DNA of 64,000 bases. It comes from Mobula hypostoma. Taxonomy: Eukaryota. Shown one piece after another: positions 1 to 12,758 of this stretch. Made by a program: the position numbers and the translations under genes. Numbering within the stretch: position 1 is the stretch's first letter; every line of letters starts with the position of its first letter. Under the pieces are notes generated by a model. The model was not told the DNA's origin and searched no databases. It saw nothing but the letters and a program-made list of their open reading frames with translations. The stretch is taken from assembly GCF_963921235.1 (NCBI RefSeq), contig NC_086107.1, forward strand, positions 107,138,001 through 107,202,000, in the 5' to 3' direction.

Positions 1-44
1 TAATATCCACTTAATATCCTTCTTCCCTTTCTCCAATGGTAAAG

Positions 45-727
45 GAAAGGGAGCAGATGGTGGCGTGACGGCAGCGGGCGCGGCCTCTCCGGTGAATGAT
101 ATCTGTAATCTGTCAAGTAGTGGACCGTGCACAATTCTGATTTCATGGAGACAGATGTGAGAGTACGGAGGAACATCTGGAAAACTTCTGAAGTGCCCGC
201 CTTGCTGCCGCTGCTACTGTGTGGTAACCGGAATCTCCGGAGCTGAAGGCCCCGAATCCTCAGCTTTGCGTGTTTCAGTAGCCGGGTCGAGATTCAAGGC
301 ACTCGGCAGAGGATGGCGCTCGGGAGGCTGTATCGGAGGGGCTGGTCGGAGGCTTGAAGTTTTTGGACGGATGGACTCAATGTCGGCTGTGGTCGGCTGC
401 TTCCAAGGTATCAGCAAGTTGACGGCGCCTGGAGGTTTATGGCAGGGAGTTTCTCCCTTTTGCCGCCTGCTATCGGGGATTCGGGAGTCGATCGACTCGG
501 GGACTTTTGAGACTTTTTTTTACCGTGCCCATGGTCTGTTCCTCATCAAATTATGGTATTGCTTTGCACTGCTGTAACTATATGTTATAATGTGGTTCTG
601 TCAGTGTTAGTCTTTGGTTTGTCCTGTTTTCTGTGGTATCACTCCGGAGAAACATTGTATCATTTCTTAATGCACGTATGCATTTCTAAATGACAATAAA
701 AGAGGACTGAGTGTTCTCATAATCTAA
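45..727 (+). mobile_element. Non-autonomous retroposon family A, near full-length (YY1-like head, Rex1-like 3' end, AATCT tail)
   Basis: Collinear with copies at 4189-4702, 5517-5710 and 33870-34507. Ends aaatgacaataaaagaggactgagtgttctcataatcta. Confidence 0.8.
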
Positions 728-729
728 AA

Positions 730-960
730 AAATTTCTTCTCTCCTATCAGATTCCTTTTTCTCCAGCTCTTGACCTTTCCCACCCAGCTGGCTTCACCCG
801 TCACTTTCCAGCTGGCTTCTTTCCCCTCCCCCCACCTTTTTATTCTGGTGTCTTCCCCCTTCCTTCTCAGTGCTGAAGAAGGGTCTCGCCCCGAAATGTT
901 GACTATCTGTTCATTTCCAGAGATGCTGCCTGATCTGCTGCAGTCCCTCAAGCGTTTTGT
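730..960 (+). mobile_element. Penelope-like element 3' end / pLTR with degenerate hammerhead motif
   Basis: CT-rich tract, then CTGAAGA-agggtctcgcccc-GAAATGTT at 873-900. The same sequence is attached to the GIY-YIG-type ORF remnant at 40130-40855. Confidence 0.7.
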
Positions 961-977
961 AATCTGTTTACTGAATA

Positions 978-1322
978 TCGAGATAAGGTAAATGTGGAGA
1001 GGATGTTTCCATTCGCAGGAGGGTCTAAGGCCAGCGGGCACAGCCAAGGAATAGAAGGGCTTCCCTTTAGCACAGAGATGAGGAGGAATTCCTTTAGCCT
1101 GAACGTGGTGAATCTGTGGAATTCATTGCCACAGACGACTGTGGAGAACAGGTCATTGGGTACAGTTAAAGATGATTGATTCTTGATTAGTAAGGACATC
1201 AAAGGTTATGTGGAGAAGGCGGGAGAATGGGCTTGAGAGGGAAAGTAAATTACCTTGGATCGAATGGTGGAGCAGACTGAATGGGCCGAATGGCTTTATA
1301 CTGCTCCTTTGTCTTATGCTCT
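978..1322 (+). mobile_element. CR1-clade LINE 3' fragment
   Basis: ORF remnant ERMFP...EMRRNSFSLNVVNLWNSLP, typical of the CR1 ORF2 C-terminus, followed by the 3'UTR hairpin. Confidence 0.8.
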
Positions 1323-1622
1323 AATATTGTTGCCCAATTAGAAGCCATCAGACTCAATTCTGAAGTTGTCAATTGTTCCTCGGCCTCAGCACCACTTTTG
1401 AAAGGTGTAGGAGGCTGAGGACCAAGTGGGGTTAGCATAGTTGGGGGATGCATGGCAAGAAAGGGCTGAATGGCCTGTTTCAGTGCCTAAAGACGCTATG
1501 ACCGCACTCCGCGTGAAGGTGAGCTTCCTGACAGCAGGTCCAGATGGCCTGCCTGGACCTGGTGGAGTCTGTCATGGTAACAGATAAGGTGACAAATACA
1601 GCGCAGTCTTTTACTGTCCTAT

Positions 1623-1905
1623 GGCACGGTCACAGAATAGTTAGCACCACATTACTGTGCCAGATGTAAGATTGGGGCTCGATTTCTGCCACTATCCATA
1701 AGTAGTTTTCACATTCTCCAAATGACCATGTAGGTTTCCTTCGGGTGCTCTGGTTTCCTCCCACATTCCAAAGACATATGGGGAAGGGGCAGTGAGTTGT
1801 GGGCATGCTACATCGACTCCGGAAGCGTAGTGACACTTGCAGGCTGCCCAGCACAGTCCTCACAGATTGGATTTGACGCCAACGATGCACTTCGCTGTAT
1901 GCTCT
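1623..1905 (+). mobile_element. tRNA-derived V-SINE (HE1-like); further copies near 22410-22720(+), 29280-29580(-), 33410-33680(-), 41230-41500(-), 43460-43600(+), 45560-45765(-), 58670-58825(+)
   Basis: Pol III A/B-box-like head plus V-domain motif ggtttcctt/ccgggtgctctggtttcctcccacattccaaagac. Confidence 0.75.
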
Positions 1906-2019
1906 CAGAGGTAAGCTTTCACACGGAGATTGGAGAGTGTGTGTAATACTCAGCTGAGCATTGTGGCAGAGTCAGAAACTGAGCATTTAAGAAACAATTC
2001 GATAGGCAGATGGTTCCTT

Positions 2020-2605
2020 AAGGTTGTCATAGCCGGGGATGGGATTGGGAATAAGCTCCCTCTACCTATTAAATGCTCCTAATGGCATGCACATCAAATG
2101 GCCTCTGACAACCAAGTCCAGCTCCTGGCCTTTGCCTGTGGCTTAGCTACTAAGCCCGGTGGAATGGTTTCTGCTGACAGGAGATGGGGCAAAGGCAGGC
2201 TACTGGCGCCTTAAAACTGGTTACTTCTGGCAGATGGGGCTCATCAGCCGTGGTTGACAGCTCATCTAGGAGAAAGGAAAACTCTGTTTTCAAACCCCCA
2301 CTGTCTTGTGGCTGTACCCACTCATGGGGAAGGCTTCGGGAGTAAATCCTGAGGGAAAAATCCGGAGCTGGAGTCCCTAAAGCAATCCTACCTTGAGTTC
2401 AATACTTGACTGGCAACTCCCGCGACGCTGCTGGTGCCAAACTGTATCGGTCTCTGTCATTCCTTTGTCTTCATCAGATGCGTAGAGAGGGGGAGCTTTC
2501 TACATAGGCAACAGCTTGCTCTCCATATTGCACTGCCCGGGTTTGCGTATCTAGACAGCTAGAACTGGTTGACGCTGACCGACGTAGGCGTTCAGACAGA
2601 CAGAT
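2020..2605 (+). mobile_element. Probable non-autonomous RTE-clade-derived retroposon inserted into a CR1 3' fragment
   Basis: Interrupts a CR1 tail (gataggcagatgg ... gataggcaaatggatg) and ends in a (CAGA)n tail. Resemblance to RTE 5'UTR sequence is from memory only. Confidence 0.45.
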
Positions 2606-2824
2606 AGGCAAATGGATGATTAAAAAATGGCAGGCTATGTAGGAAGGAAGGGTTAGTAGGTAAAAGGGTGGGACAACATTGTAGCTGAAGGGTCTGTACT
2701 GTGCTGTAATGTTCTATGTTCAATGTTCTAACTTCACAGAACCAGATAAAATTCTTACAAGGCTTGATCAAATAATTACTTAGTGTATTGAGTTAGAATA
2801 AAACAACAATAATGCAGATCAGCG

Positions 2825-3125
2825 TTGTTATGTGTCGTGTCGTATGACATCATCATTATGTGCCGTGTTGTATGACGTGGGCAATCATGGTCTTTCCATG
2901 ATCATGATTGTTCTTGGCAAAACTTTCTACAGAAGTGGTTTGCCATGGCAAACCAGGACTTGTGATGTGCACCAGCTACTCATATAATCATCCACGACTT
3001 CACATGACCCTGATCGGGGGGCTAAGCAGGTCCTACACCTTGCCCAAGGGTGACCCGCAGGCTAGCGGAGGGAAGGAGCACCTTACACCCCCTTTGATAG
3101 AGATGTATCTCCACCCCACCACCCA
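2825..3125 (-). mobile_element. RTE-tailed SINE-like element; related 3' end at about 3975-4112(+)
   Basis: Minus strand has ggcaaaccacttctgtaga...catggaaagaccatg...cgtcatacaacacggcacataatgatgatg, shared with 4010-4112. Confidence 0.6.
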
Positions 3126-4188
3126 AACAATGCAGAATAAAGTGTATAAGCTATCAAAAAAGTGCTGTGCAGGTAAATGATAAAACGCATGACCATAACG
3201 AGGTAGATTGTGAACCCAGAGGTCGACTTACTGTACTGCTCCTCTGACAGTATTCTGTTCTTTCACGCAAACAATGCAATACTTCCTCAGCATTTCTCCA
3301 CTAACTGTAAACACTGACCCCCCGCACCCCTGACAGTGAAGCACTCACTCAATCCTGCTCCTTCACACTCCCTCAAGAACTGCCTCACCAGGGATGCAGA
3401 TCTCGCTCAGCAGTACACCTCCTGCAAACCCCCCCCCCCTCACAACTACAGTGCAATATTCAACAGCATTATCCCTGATTGTGCACAAGGCCCTCAGTTC
3501 CAAAAACACTCCTGAAGTATCCCAGGCTGGTTCAGTTACACAGGTCCACCTGACTGGGCTTTGAACCTGTGACCTTCCGATTCTGTGCAGCCCACTAAGC
3601 CACAGCTGAACAAACCCAAATCTCCATTTACCACAGGCTAAATCCAATTAAGTTAAGTTGTTTTGCAGATTCCGTATTTCACATTGCCCACAGTGACAGT
3701 GCAATAACTCAGTCGAACTCAAGCATTAGTGCGGCCGGCTGAATTACCCTGAGACAGTCAAGGCCACTTTCCCTCCCCCTCCCCCCACCCCAGCTCAACT
3801 TTCCCCAATACTTGACAGCACCTAAACCTCAAGGATGCATTACTGCACCGATGCAAAGCTGCACTGTGTTGTGGCGTCCATTGTGATACATTGCTGCATC
3901 GTGCAAAGGAAAGTTGGATAACGTTTACAATTGCATCTTCTTTTGGGGGATAGTCAACTGAGTGGCTGGGGACACCCGTCTTGTAAAGACACTGCTCAGA
4001 AGAAGGCAATGGCAAACCACTTCTACAGAAAAATTTACCGAGAACAGTCATGGTCATGGAAAGACCATACTGCATGGCACACAGTGATGAAGTCATACGA
4101 CTCGACACGTAATAGAGTGGATGCTTTGTAAGGGGTGACGACAAAAATAATAACTTTGATTTCTTTAGTGCTAATAGCAACCCAAATG

Positions 4189-4702
4189 TCGCTGTTACTG
4201 TGGGGTCCGGAATCTCTGGAGGAGAAGGCCCCGAATCCTTGGCTTTGCTTGTTTCGGCAGCCGAGAAGAGGTCGAAGGGGCTCGGCAGAGGATGGCGCTC
4301 GGGAAGCTGTATCGGAGGGGCTGGTCGGAGGCTAGAAGTTTTTGGACGGACGGACTCAGTGTCGGCTGTGGTCGGATGCTTCCAAGGCATCGGCAGTTGT
4401 CGGTGCCTGGAGGTTTATGGCAGGGAGTTTCTCCCTTTGCCGCCTGCTATCAGGGACTCGGGAGTCGATCGTCTTGGGACTTTGAGACTTTTTTTACCGT
4501 GCCCATGGTCTGTTCTTTATCAAATTATGGTATTGCTTTGCACTGCTGTAACGATATGTTATAATTATGTGGTTCTGTCAGTGTTAGTCTTTGGTTTGTC
4601 CTGTTTTTTCTGTGATATCACTCTGGAGGAACATTGTATCATTTTTTAATGAATGCATTTCTAAATGACAATAAACGAGGACTGAGTGTCCTCATAATCT
4701 AA
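4189..4702 (+). mobile_element. Family A copy, 5'-truncated
   Basis: Collinear with about 205-727; same 3' stem-loop gaggac/gtcctc and ataatct tail. Confidence 0.8.
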
Positions 4703-4918
4703 AATAAAAATTGCCCCACGGTTCCTCAGAGGAGTGTGTGACCAAACCAATATAGATGGCGAGCCATTTTGAAGGAGATGTTAAGGCAAAGGACCAGAAT
4801 CAGGGTCAGGAAGGATTGTTTAAAAGAAAGAAAAAGTGAAATGGAAAGTTTAGCGAGGGAATTCCGGAGTTCAATGCACAGGCAATTGAAGACACGGACA
4901 GCACAGCTCAGATCAGGA

Positions 4919-5135
4919 TTGTTGTTGCTCCTTTCTGCGCCTTGTGGCGCAATTGTTGTTGCTCCTTACCGCGCCATCAGGCGGCAACCGTGCTGTTACT
5001 GTTTTTCTCACAGGGCCGAGTTGCTAGCTCGATGCTCAACCCAGCATGGATGGAAAGCGTGCAAGGACCCGGCCGGATTCGAACCCGGGACCGCTCGCAT
5101 CGAGGCCCGTGCGGATGCCTTCACATCACCGGTCG
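4919..5135 (-). mobile_element. tRNA-derived SINE; second copy at about 43640-43806(-)
   Basis: B box GGTTCGAATCC on the minus strand; body gctgggttgagc(a/g)tcgagct shared between copies; (CAA)n tail. Confidence 0.7.
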
Positions 5136-5516
5136 GCTCAGCTCAGGATGGCAAGATTAAATTCAGGAACGATCAGGAGCTCTCGTAGGGTTAGAGGGCC
5201 GAAGGAAGGAGGAGCGAGACGCAGAAGAGTTTGGAAACGATGATTTGAATTTTAAAGTTGAGGTCCTGTTTAACCAGAACCAATGTGGGCCACAAGATAG
5301 TGTGTGAGTAGGACTTGGTGTGAGTGAGGACAGTTATTGCTGCTAGATCTCCCCTTCCCCAACCCCGCCTTTCCGCAGTACTTGACAGTTCCGATAAAGA
5401 GTCAATACTTAAACTCACTAAAGCTTTACATGCGGACGGGAAGCTGCACCGTGCTGACGTGTCCACTGTTATGGATTATGTTGCATTAAGGCAGTTGCAA
5501 AGAAACCCAGCCACTA

Positions 5517-5710
5517 CGGTGAATGATATCTGTTATCTGTCAAGTAGGGTGCCGTGCACAATCCTGATCTGATGGAGACGGACGTGAGAGCACGGAAGAA
5601 CATCTGGAGAAACTTCTGAAATGCCTGCTTCGCTGCCGCTGTAACTGTGTGGTCCAGAATCTCCGGAGGGGAAGGCCCCGAGTCCTTGGCTTTGCCTGTT
5701 GCTTGGGGAC
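5517..5710 (+). mobile_element. Family A 5' fragment
   Basis: Matches about 90-275. Confidence 0.75.
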
Positions 5711-5714
5711 TGGA

Positions 5715-6860
5715 AAGGAAGGGAGGAGAAATCAGAGTAAGCAAGGCAGGGGATGGGGAGGGGCATGATACGTGCTTGAAGGTGATGAGTTAAGCCAAGT
5801 GAGAAAGGAAGGTGGGTGGGTAGTGGGGTAGTGGGGCAGGAGGCGCGAAGTGAGAAGCTGGGAGGTGATAGGTGGAAAAGGTAAAGGGCTGAAGAAGAAG
5901 GGATCTGATAGGATAGGAGAGTGGGCCATGGGACAAAGGGAAGGAGGAGGGGCCCCAGAGGGAGGTGAAAGGCAGCTCAGGAGACGAGAAGGAGTAAGAT
6001 GGGAGCCAGAATGGGAAATGGGAAAGGAAAGAAGGGGGAGAGGAGGTAAAAATTGCTGTAACTTGGAGAAATCGATGTTCATGCCATCAGGTTAGAGGCT
6101 ACTCAGATGAAAATATGAGGAGTTGCTCCTACAATTTGAAGGTAACCTCATCATGACAGTAGAGGAGGCTGTAGACCAACATGTCTGAATGGGAATGAGG
6201 AGTGGAATTTAGATGGTTGGCCACCAGGAAATCCTCCCTGTGGCAGACGGAGAGAACGTGCCCAGCAAAGTGGTGCCCCAATCTACATCGGGTGTCACCG
6301 ATACACTGGCAGACTTGCAGGTGAAGTGTTGCCTCACCTGTAGGGACTGCTTAGGGCCTTGAATGGTGGTGAGGGAGAAAGTGTAGGGGCAAGTGTCATG
6401 CAGGGATAAGTGCCAGGAGGGAGATCATTGGGGATGGACAAATGGACAAGGAAATCACAGAGAAAAGTGACAAGTTGGAAGGGTGGGGTGGGTAGAGATG
6501 TGCTTGGTGCTATGATCCCTGTGGAGATGTCTGAAGTGCAGAGAATGATGTGCTGTGTGTGGAAGCCCTTGGGGTGGTAGGTAATGGCAAGAGGAACTCT
6601 ATCCCTGTTAAGGTAGCAGGAAGACGCGGTGAGGGTGGATGTCCGGGAAATGGAGGAGATATGGATGGGGGTAGCATCAATGTCAGAAGAAGGGAAACCC
6701 ATTCTTTGAAGAAGGGGAGCATCTTGGATGTTCTGGGAAGGAAAGCTTACTCCTCTGATGCAGACAGAGGAACTGAGAAAAAGGAATGACATTCTTACAT
6801 TTTCACAAGTGACAGGTTCAGAAGAGGTATAGTCAAGACAGCTGCGAGAGTTGGTTTCAA
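5715..6860 (-). mobile_element. Penelope-like retroelement fragment (RT C-terminus/linker, GIY-YIG region, 3'UTR), frameshifted
   Basis: ORF remnants FFKEW/GFPSS..SSISRTS..NRDRVPLAITYHP and MNIDFS; homologous to 40230-40855. Confidence 0.8.
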
Positions 6861-8112
6861 AGGAAGGCTTGGTAATATTTACAACTGCTTGCTTACAACC
6901 TTGTTTGTGGACGGGCTAACCTGAGGCATTCGGTTCACTTTAGACTGACTGGGTTTCGGATGGTCACTGGGAGAAGAAAGAGGAACGTGTATTGCAACAG
7001 TTTCTTTCCAACAGTCTTCAGGTTCTAAAACCAGTTGCAAAACCCAAATCCTATCCCGCCAACGGAACACCTCAAACCACCCCATGCATGGACGTGCTCT
7101 GTCTGACGGTATTCTCTTTGCACTAATATTTTGCACAGCCTTTTTCTTCGCTGCCTTGCAGCATTAATGCATAAATTACGTTCTGAGTGATGTCTGAATT
7201 ATGCGCCTGTAATGCTGCAGTGAGGAGGTTTCTCACTGGCCCTGCGCCTCACCGTACGTCTACCTCACTGACAATAACCTCGACTTGACTAGTCAAGTTT
7301 GCAGATAACTTAAGTGTGGATGAAGGTTTCATCTATAGATGAGGTGTGAGCTGAAGTCAGGAAGGAACTCTACAGCTTTTAAGAGGACAGACTTGCAGTT
7401 CAAAGCTCAAATATGATCAAGGTTGGTTGACAGCCGCCAGGGAGAGAGAACAGAGCTTGTGATCGTGATTAGACACTCAGTGCTTTAGGAAAAGCTTCTT
7501 CCTTTCCACCATCAAATTTCTGAATGGACAGTAAACTCATGAAGACTACTTCATTCATTTTGCTCTAAGTTATTATTTTTTCGGCATATATTTCTTATCG
7601 CACAGTACTGTATTTGTCAACATGGAGCGGAGGGCAAGTTTGTAAATCTGGCGGGAGCAAAAGATGTTGGGAATGGCAAGGGTGGAGTGCCGTGGCAGGG
7701 GTGTGGAACAGGTGGCAGAGAAGGAGTGCTAGGGGCAAGGGGTGGCGAGGGTGCAGATACATCCAGCCTTAAAATACCAGGCCAGGTCATTTGATGCTCA
7801 ACAACTGGTGTATTGATCTTTACATATCTCCATGGTGCTTCCCACTCCCTCTCCTCTCCCTTCCCCTTCTCTGAACCATGATTCCCTTCTCCCTGCCCCC
7901 TTCCCACTCTCAGTCCACAATAGAGACCCATGTCAGAATCAGGTTTATCATCACTCACATATGTCATGAAATTTGTTTTTTTTTGCGACGGCAGTACAGT
8001 GCAGTACATAAAATTTCTACAGTATTGTGCTATAACCTTAGCTATAATCTTTAAGTCTTACCCTAGTACATACTGTGCATGCGCCTAAGACCTTTGCACA
8101 GAATTATAAGTA

Positions 8113-8303
8113 AACAGACAAACAGATAGCTAGCTAGATAGATAGACAGTTAGACGGATAGTTAAATAGATAAATAAGAAGATAGATAGATAAGTAGATG
8201 GATAGATAGATAGATAATTAGATAGACAGATAGACAAGTAGATAGATAGATAGACCAGTAGATAGATAGACAGATAGATAGATAAGTAGATAGACAGATA
8301 GAT
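8113..8303 (+). repeat. (GATA)n/(GACA)n imperfect microsatellite
   Basis: Directly visible tetranucleotide array. Confidence 0.95.
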
Positions 8304-9224
8304 AACACTGAGAACACGAGTTGAAGAGTCCTTGAAAGTGACTTCATAGGTTGTGGAAGCAGTTCAGTGTTGAGGTGAGTGGAAGTTGTGGATTCGAGAT
8401 AAGTTTCTAAGGGAGAATTTGTCAATGCGCCAAGTTGTTTTGATCTGAAATTCACAGGCTGTAAGGGTGTGAAAGCCAATCCTACAGGAGCTCTCAAAAG
8501 GGGAATTGGAACTATCCGTGAAAAGGAAATGATTGCAGGTTGTGAAGTACCAGCGAGTGCTGTAGAACTAATGGGGAACTCTTCAAAGTAGGGGATAGGC
8601 ATACTGGGCCACCTGTTTTAATGCGACGTGATTGCACTTATTGAAGAGAGCTGATTATAGTCTGAAGCGATGAAAGAGAGAGGGAGAGACACTTCACAGA
8701 TCCAGGGGAAGGAAATCGCAAGGATTCTTTAAATAAAAACAATAGTTTATTCTGGCCCTTGACTGCAATCACAGAGTGTGTCAAGACAATAGATTATGCT
8801 GGAAACGTAGCTGGCAACTGCCTCTGTCTCTGTCTTATGGACTCGCTTACATGGAGTCTGTAACTCACATTCTCAATTGATATTATTTATTTATTACTAA
8901 CAGTATATTGTTTTTCTTTTTTTAGCATTTACATAGTTTGTTGTCTTTTGCACATTGGTTATTGTTCGTCCATGTTTGGGTGTAGTTTTCTATTCACTGT
9001 ATTGTGTTTCTCTGTACCTACTGTGAATGCCTGCAAGAAAATGAATCTTAAGGTAGTATATGGTGACAAATACGTGCTTTGCTAATAAATTTACCTTGAG
9101 CTTTGAACTTTGAACTTATTTGCTGTCTCCAACCTCATCTGTTCCAACTTAATATACAGTTGTACAAGAGCCCTGGTAAGAGTCGTAAAGCGTCGTGCTG
9201 ACCACTCCGCTACCATGTCGTCCC

Positions 9225-10675
9225 AGGATTTTCTTGTGGGCATACACAGTTAATCCAAGAAACACAACAGAATCAATGGAAGACCACACCCATCAGGAAC
9301 GGACAAACAACCAGCATGTGAAAGACAACAAATGGTTGCAAATCCAAAAGAAAAAAAAAACAGAAATAAGAACAATAAATCAATAAGCAATAAATATTGA
9401 GAACGTGAGATGAAGAGTCCTTGAAAGTGTGTCTATAGGTTTTGGGAACATTTCAGTGTTGGGGCAAGTGAAGTTGAGTGAAATTATTCCCTCTGGTTCA
9501 GGGGTCTGATGGTTGAGGGTTAATAGCCGCTGGGTCCAGAGGCTCTTGTACCTTCCTGCTGATGGCAGCAGCAAAAAGAGAGCCTGGCCTCGGACAGTGG
9601 GGGTCCTTGACAGTGGATGCTACTTTCCTGTGATAGAGCTCCATGTAGGTGTACTCAGTGGTGGGAAGGACTTTACCTGTGATGGACTGGGCTCTATTCG
9701 CTACTTTTTGTAGGATATTCTGTTCAAGGGCATTGGTGTTTCCATACCAGGCTATGATGCAACCAGTCAGCATAATTCCACCACACATCTACAGAGGTTC
9801 GTCAAAGCTTTAGATGTCATGCCAGATCTGTGAAACCCCTAAGGAAGTAGAGGTGCAGCTTTAATCACAATTGCACTTACGTGCTGGGTCCAGGACAGAT
9901 TATAACATCAAAGAACAATTATAAAATAATAATATCAAGGAATTCAAAGTTGCTGACCCGCTCAACCTCTGATCCCCTGATGAGGACTGGCTCATGGACC
10001 TCTGATTTCCTCCTCCTGAGGTCAATAATCAGCTCCTTGGTCTTGCTGATGTTGAGTGAGAGGCTGTTATTATGGCACCACTCAGACAGATTTTCACTCT
10101 CCCTCTTATATGCTGATTCGTCGCTGCCTTTAATTTGCCCAGCAACAGTGTTGCTAGCAAATCTAATATGGCATTGGAAATGTGCTTAGCCTCACAGCAT
10201 AAGCATAAAGCGAATAGGGCAGAGGACCAAGCACACAGCCTTGTGGTTCACCTGTACTCATGGAGATTGTGGGGGAGATGCGTTTGCCAATCCGAACTGT
10301 CTGGGGTTTGCAACTGAGGAAATCGAGAATCCAATTGCTCAAGGAGGTACTGATGCCTAGGTCTTGAAGCCCATTGATTAGTTTTGAGGGGACGATAGTA
10401 TTGAATGCCCAGCTGTAATCGATGAAGTGCATCTTGCGGGTATGCTTCCTTGCTGTCCAGATGTTCCAGGGTTGAGTGAAGAGCCAATGAAATGGCTTCC
10501 GCTGTGGACCTGTTGCGCCAGTAGGCAAATTGGAGCGGATCCAAGTCGCTTCTCAGGCAGGAGTTGATATGTTTCATCAGCGACCTCTCCAAGCACTTCA
10601 CCACTGTCGACGTAAGTTCTACTGGATGATAGTCACTTAGGCAGGTTATCACGTTCTTCTTAAGCACCGGTATAT
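9225..10675 (-). mobile_element. Rex1/Babar-type LINE, 5'-truncated, decayed RT plus 3'UTR
   Basis: [51 protein letters not shown]...[23 protein letters not shown]. Many shorter 3' ends of this family occur across the window (e.g. 12935-13420, 13570-13856, 35720-36040, 42220-42560, 62480-63080). Confidence 0.85.
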
Positions 10676-10926
10676 GGGGATACAGGGGGAAGGCAGGAGA
10701 CTGGGGCTGACAGGAAAATTGAATCAGCTGTGAAGAAATGATGGAGCAGGCTTGACGGTATAATGGAACCCTGTTTGAACCAGGTCAGTGCTTTTAAATG
10801 ACCTCTAGCTGAGTAGTCAGTTAGACCCCTAGAATAAATGCTGGTCTTGCCATTGATGTCCATACCTGTGAACTTTTAAGAAGATTATTGCTGTGTGAGA
10901 GATGCTGGAGGAATACAGGTTGTTAC

Positions 10927-10942
10927 TGAGAATGAGAATGAG

Positions 10943-10998
<56 letters not shown>

Positions 10999-11018
10999 GG
11001 GGGGAGGCAGACAGACAG
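10927..11018 (+). repeat. (GAATGA)3 plus (GA)n microsatellite
   Basis: Directly visible. Confidence 0.95.
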
Positions 11019-11466
11019 AATCAGAATCAAGTTTATTATCACTGGCATAATTAATAAAATTTGTTATTTTATGGCAGCAGAACGGTGTAAGACATGAAAA
11101 TTAAAATATGTTACAATGAATAAATTGTGCCAAGGAGGAAGAGCGAGGTAGTGTTCATGGGTTTCTGGACTGTTTAGAAATCTGTCCCTAAAACACTGGC
11201 TCCTGTGTCTCCTCTCTTTGGTAGTACTGAGAAGAGGGTCCTGCCCCGGGTCCATAATGATCGATGCTGGCTTCTGAAAATGTCCCTGATGAGGGTGGGG
11301 GAGGCTGAGAATGGAGGGGGGAGATTGAGAGAGAGATAGAGATCGAGATCGATGGATATCTAAGGGGGGGGGACAGGGAGAGGGAGAGAGGGAGGGAGAG
11401 AGAAAGAGAGAGAAAGATTTGGTGACGCAAACACGAGGAAATCTGCAGGTGCTGGAGTTTCAAGCA

Positions 11467-11615
11467 ACACACATAAAAGTTGCTGGTGAATGCAGCAGGC
11501 CAGGCAGCATCTCTAGGAAGAGGTACAGTCGATGTCTCGGCCTGAAACGTCGACTGTACCTCTTCCTAGAGATGCTGCCTTGGCTGTTGCGTTCACCAGC
11601 AACTTTGATGTGTGT
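11467..11615. repeat. Fold-back inverted repeat of Penelope pLTR sequence (66-bp arms)
   Basis: 11467-11532 versus reverse complement of 11550-11615: 61/66 identical by manual comparison. Confidence 0.9.
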
Positions 11616-12758
11616 CCCTTCTCCCTCGCTGGTCTTCCTTCCCAAAGTTCAAAGTCCAAAATGAAGATTTTATCAAAGTACGTATATATCATCATAAGAT
11701 ACTATCAGTCACTGTCTGGTGTGGAGGGGCCACTGCACAGGATTGGTAAAAGCAGCAGAGGGTTGCCAACTGCCCTGAGAGTCCTGAAGAAGGGTCTCAG
11801 CCCAAAATATCGACTGTTTATTCATTTCCATAGACACTGCCTGACCTGCTGAGTTCCTCCAGCATTCTGTGTGTGTGTGTTACCCTGAGATTCATTTTCT
11901 TACGGGCTTTCACAGACCTTAAAAACAGCAATACCTTCTGCCTCAGCACCTGACGGGAGCCAAGTTCACATTCTCGCCATCTTTGGGTGTTTCTTTGGTT
12001 AAACAAGAGATCTGTTTCCTTCCTGTAGTTAGTTGTTTGCAACAAAGTGATACACTCCGAGCCGGGCTGTAAATCCCTGCCCAAATCTGTTTACACCAAA
12101 CTGAAAATCTCATGCAAACAACTGTGTTTATTGTGCGTGAACAGCAAGGTGTGAATCACATTGGCTGGAGCACAGAGCATATAAACACTTACAAAGCTGT
12201 TCTGCAGAGTATTAAAAAATGCCTCGGCCTCGGCATATCATCCTTCCCGATACAGCCTCTCATCTGTGTTTTTGCTTGTTGCTGTATGTTCTTTGGTCTG
12301 GATTTAGGACCAGCAGTGGAAAAGGTGAACAGTTCCAATTTCCTGAGTTTCAACATCTCTGAAGGTCTTTCCTGGGTGCAGCATATTGATAGAATTACAA
12401 AGGTTCAAGGGTTCATTTATTGTTAAAGTATATAACTCTGAAAATTTTCTTCTCCCAATAGCCACAGAACCAAGAAGGAAAACATCAACAGCACAATCGT
12501 CAACCCCCAGCTCCCTCCTTCCTGCACAAAAACGAAACAGACACATCGACCCCCAAATACACCCCCTCCACACAAAAACTAGAAAGCTCGGGCGAAAAGC
12601 ACAGAATACAAAAAAAAACCGTAGGACCGGGAAAAAAAAGCCAACTGTCCAAGTCCACATCAAATGAAAGCACGTCAGTCACTGTATTTCATTAGGAGCT
12701 TGAGGTGATTTGGTGTGCTACCAAAGACTCTAGGTGTAACGTGGAGAGCATTCTTCAT

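Noticed and set aside
1386..1395. RE1 left half TCAGCACCAC (also TCAGCACC at 11943)
   Set aside because: Isolated half-sites with no adjacent GGACAG; expected by chance in 64 kb.
2090..2200. HDV-like ribozyme in RTE-derived 5' sequences (also 21090-21155)
   Set aside because: I could not build a convincing nested double pseudoknot by eye; an RNArobo/Infernal search would be needed.
214..4649. Apparent paralogous proteins (ORFs 221-577, 4200-4649, 3758-4390, also 34006-34358)
   Set aside because: Translations of family A repeat copies; frames are not conserved between copies.
5060..5135. Possible tRNA gene (also 43740-43806 and 44068-44155)
   Set aside because: A/B boxes are present but there is no complete cloverleaf, and each continues into a SINE body.
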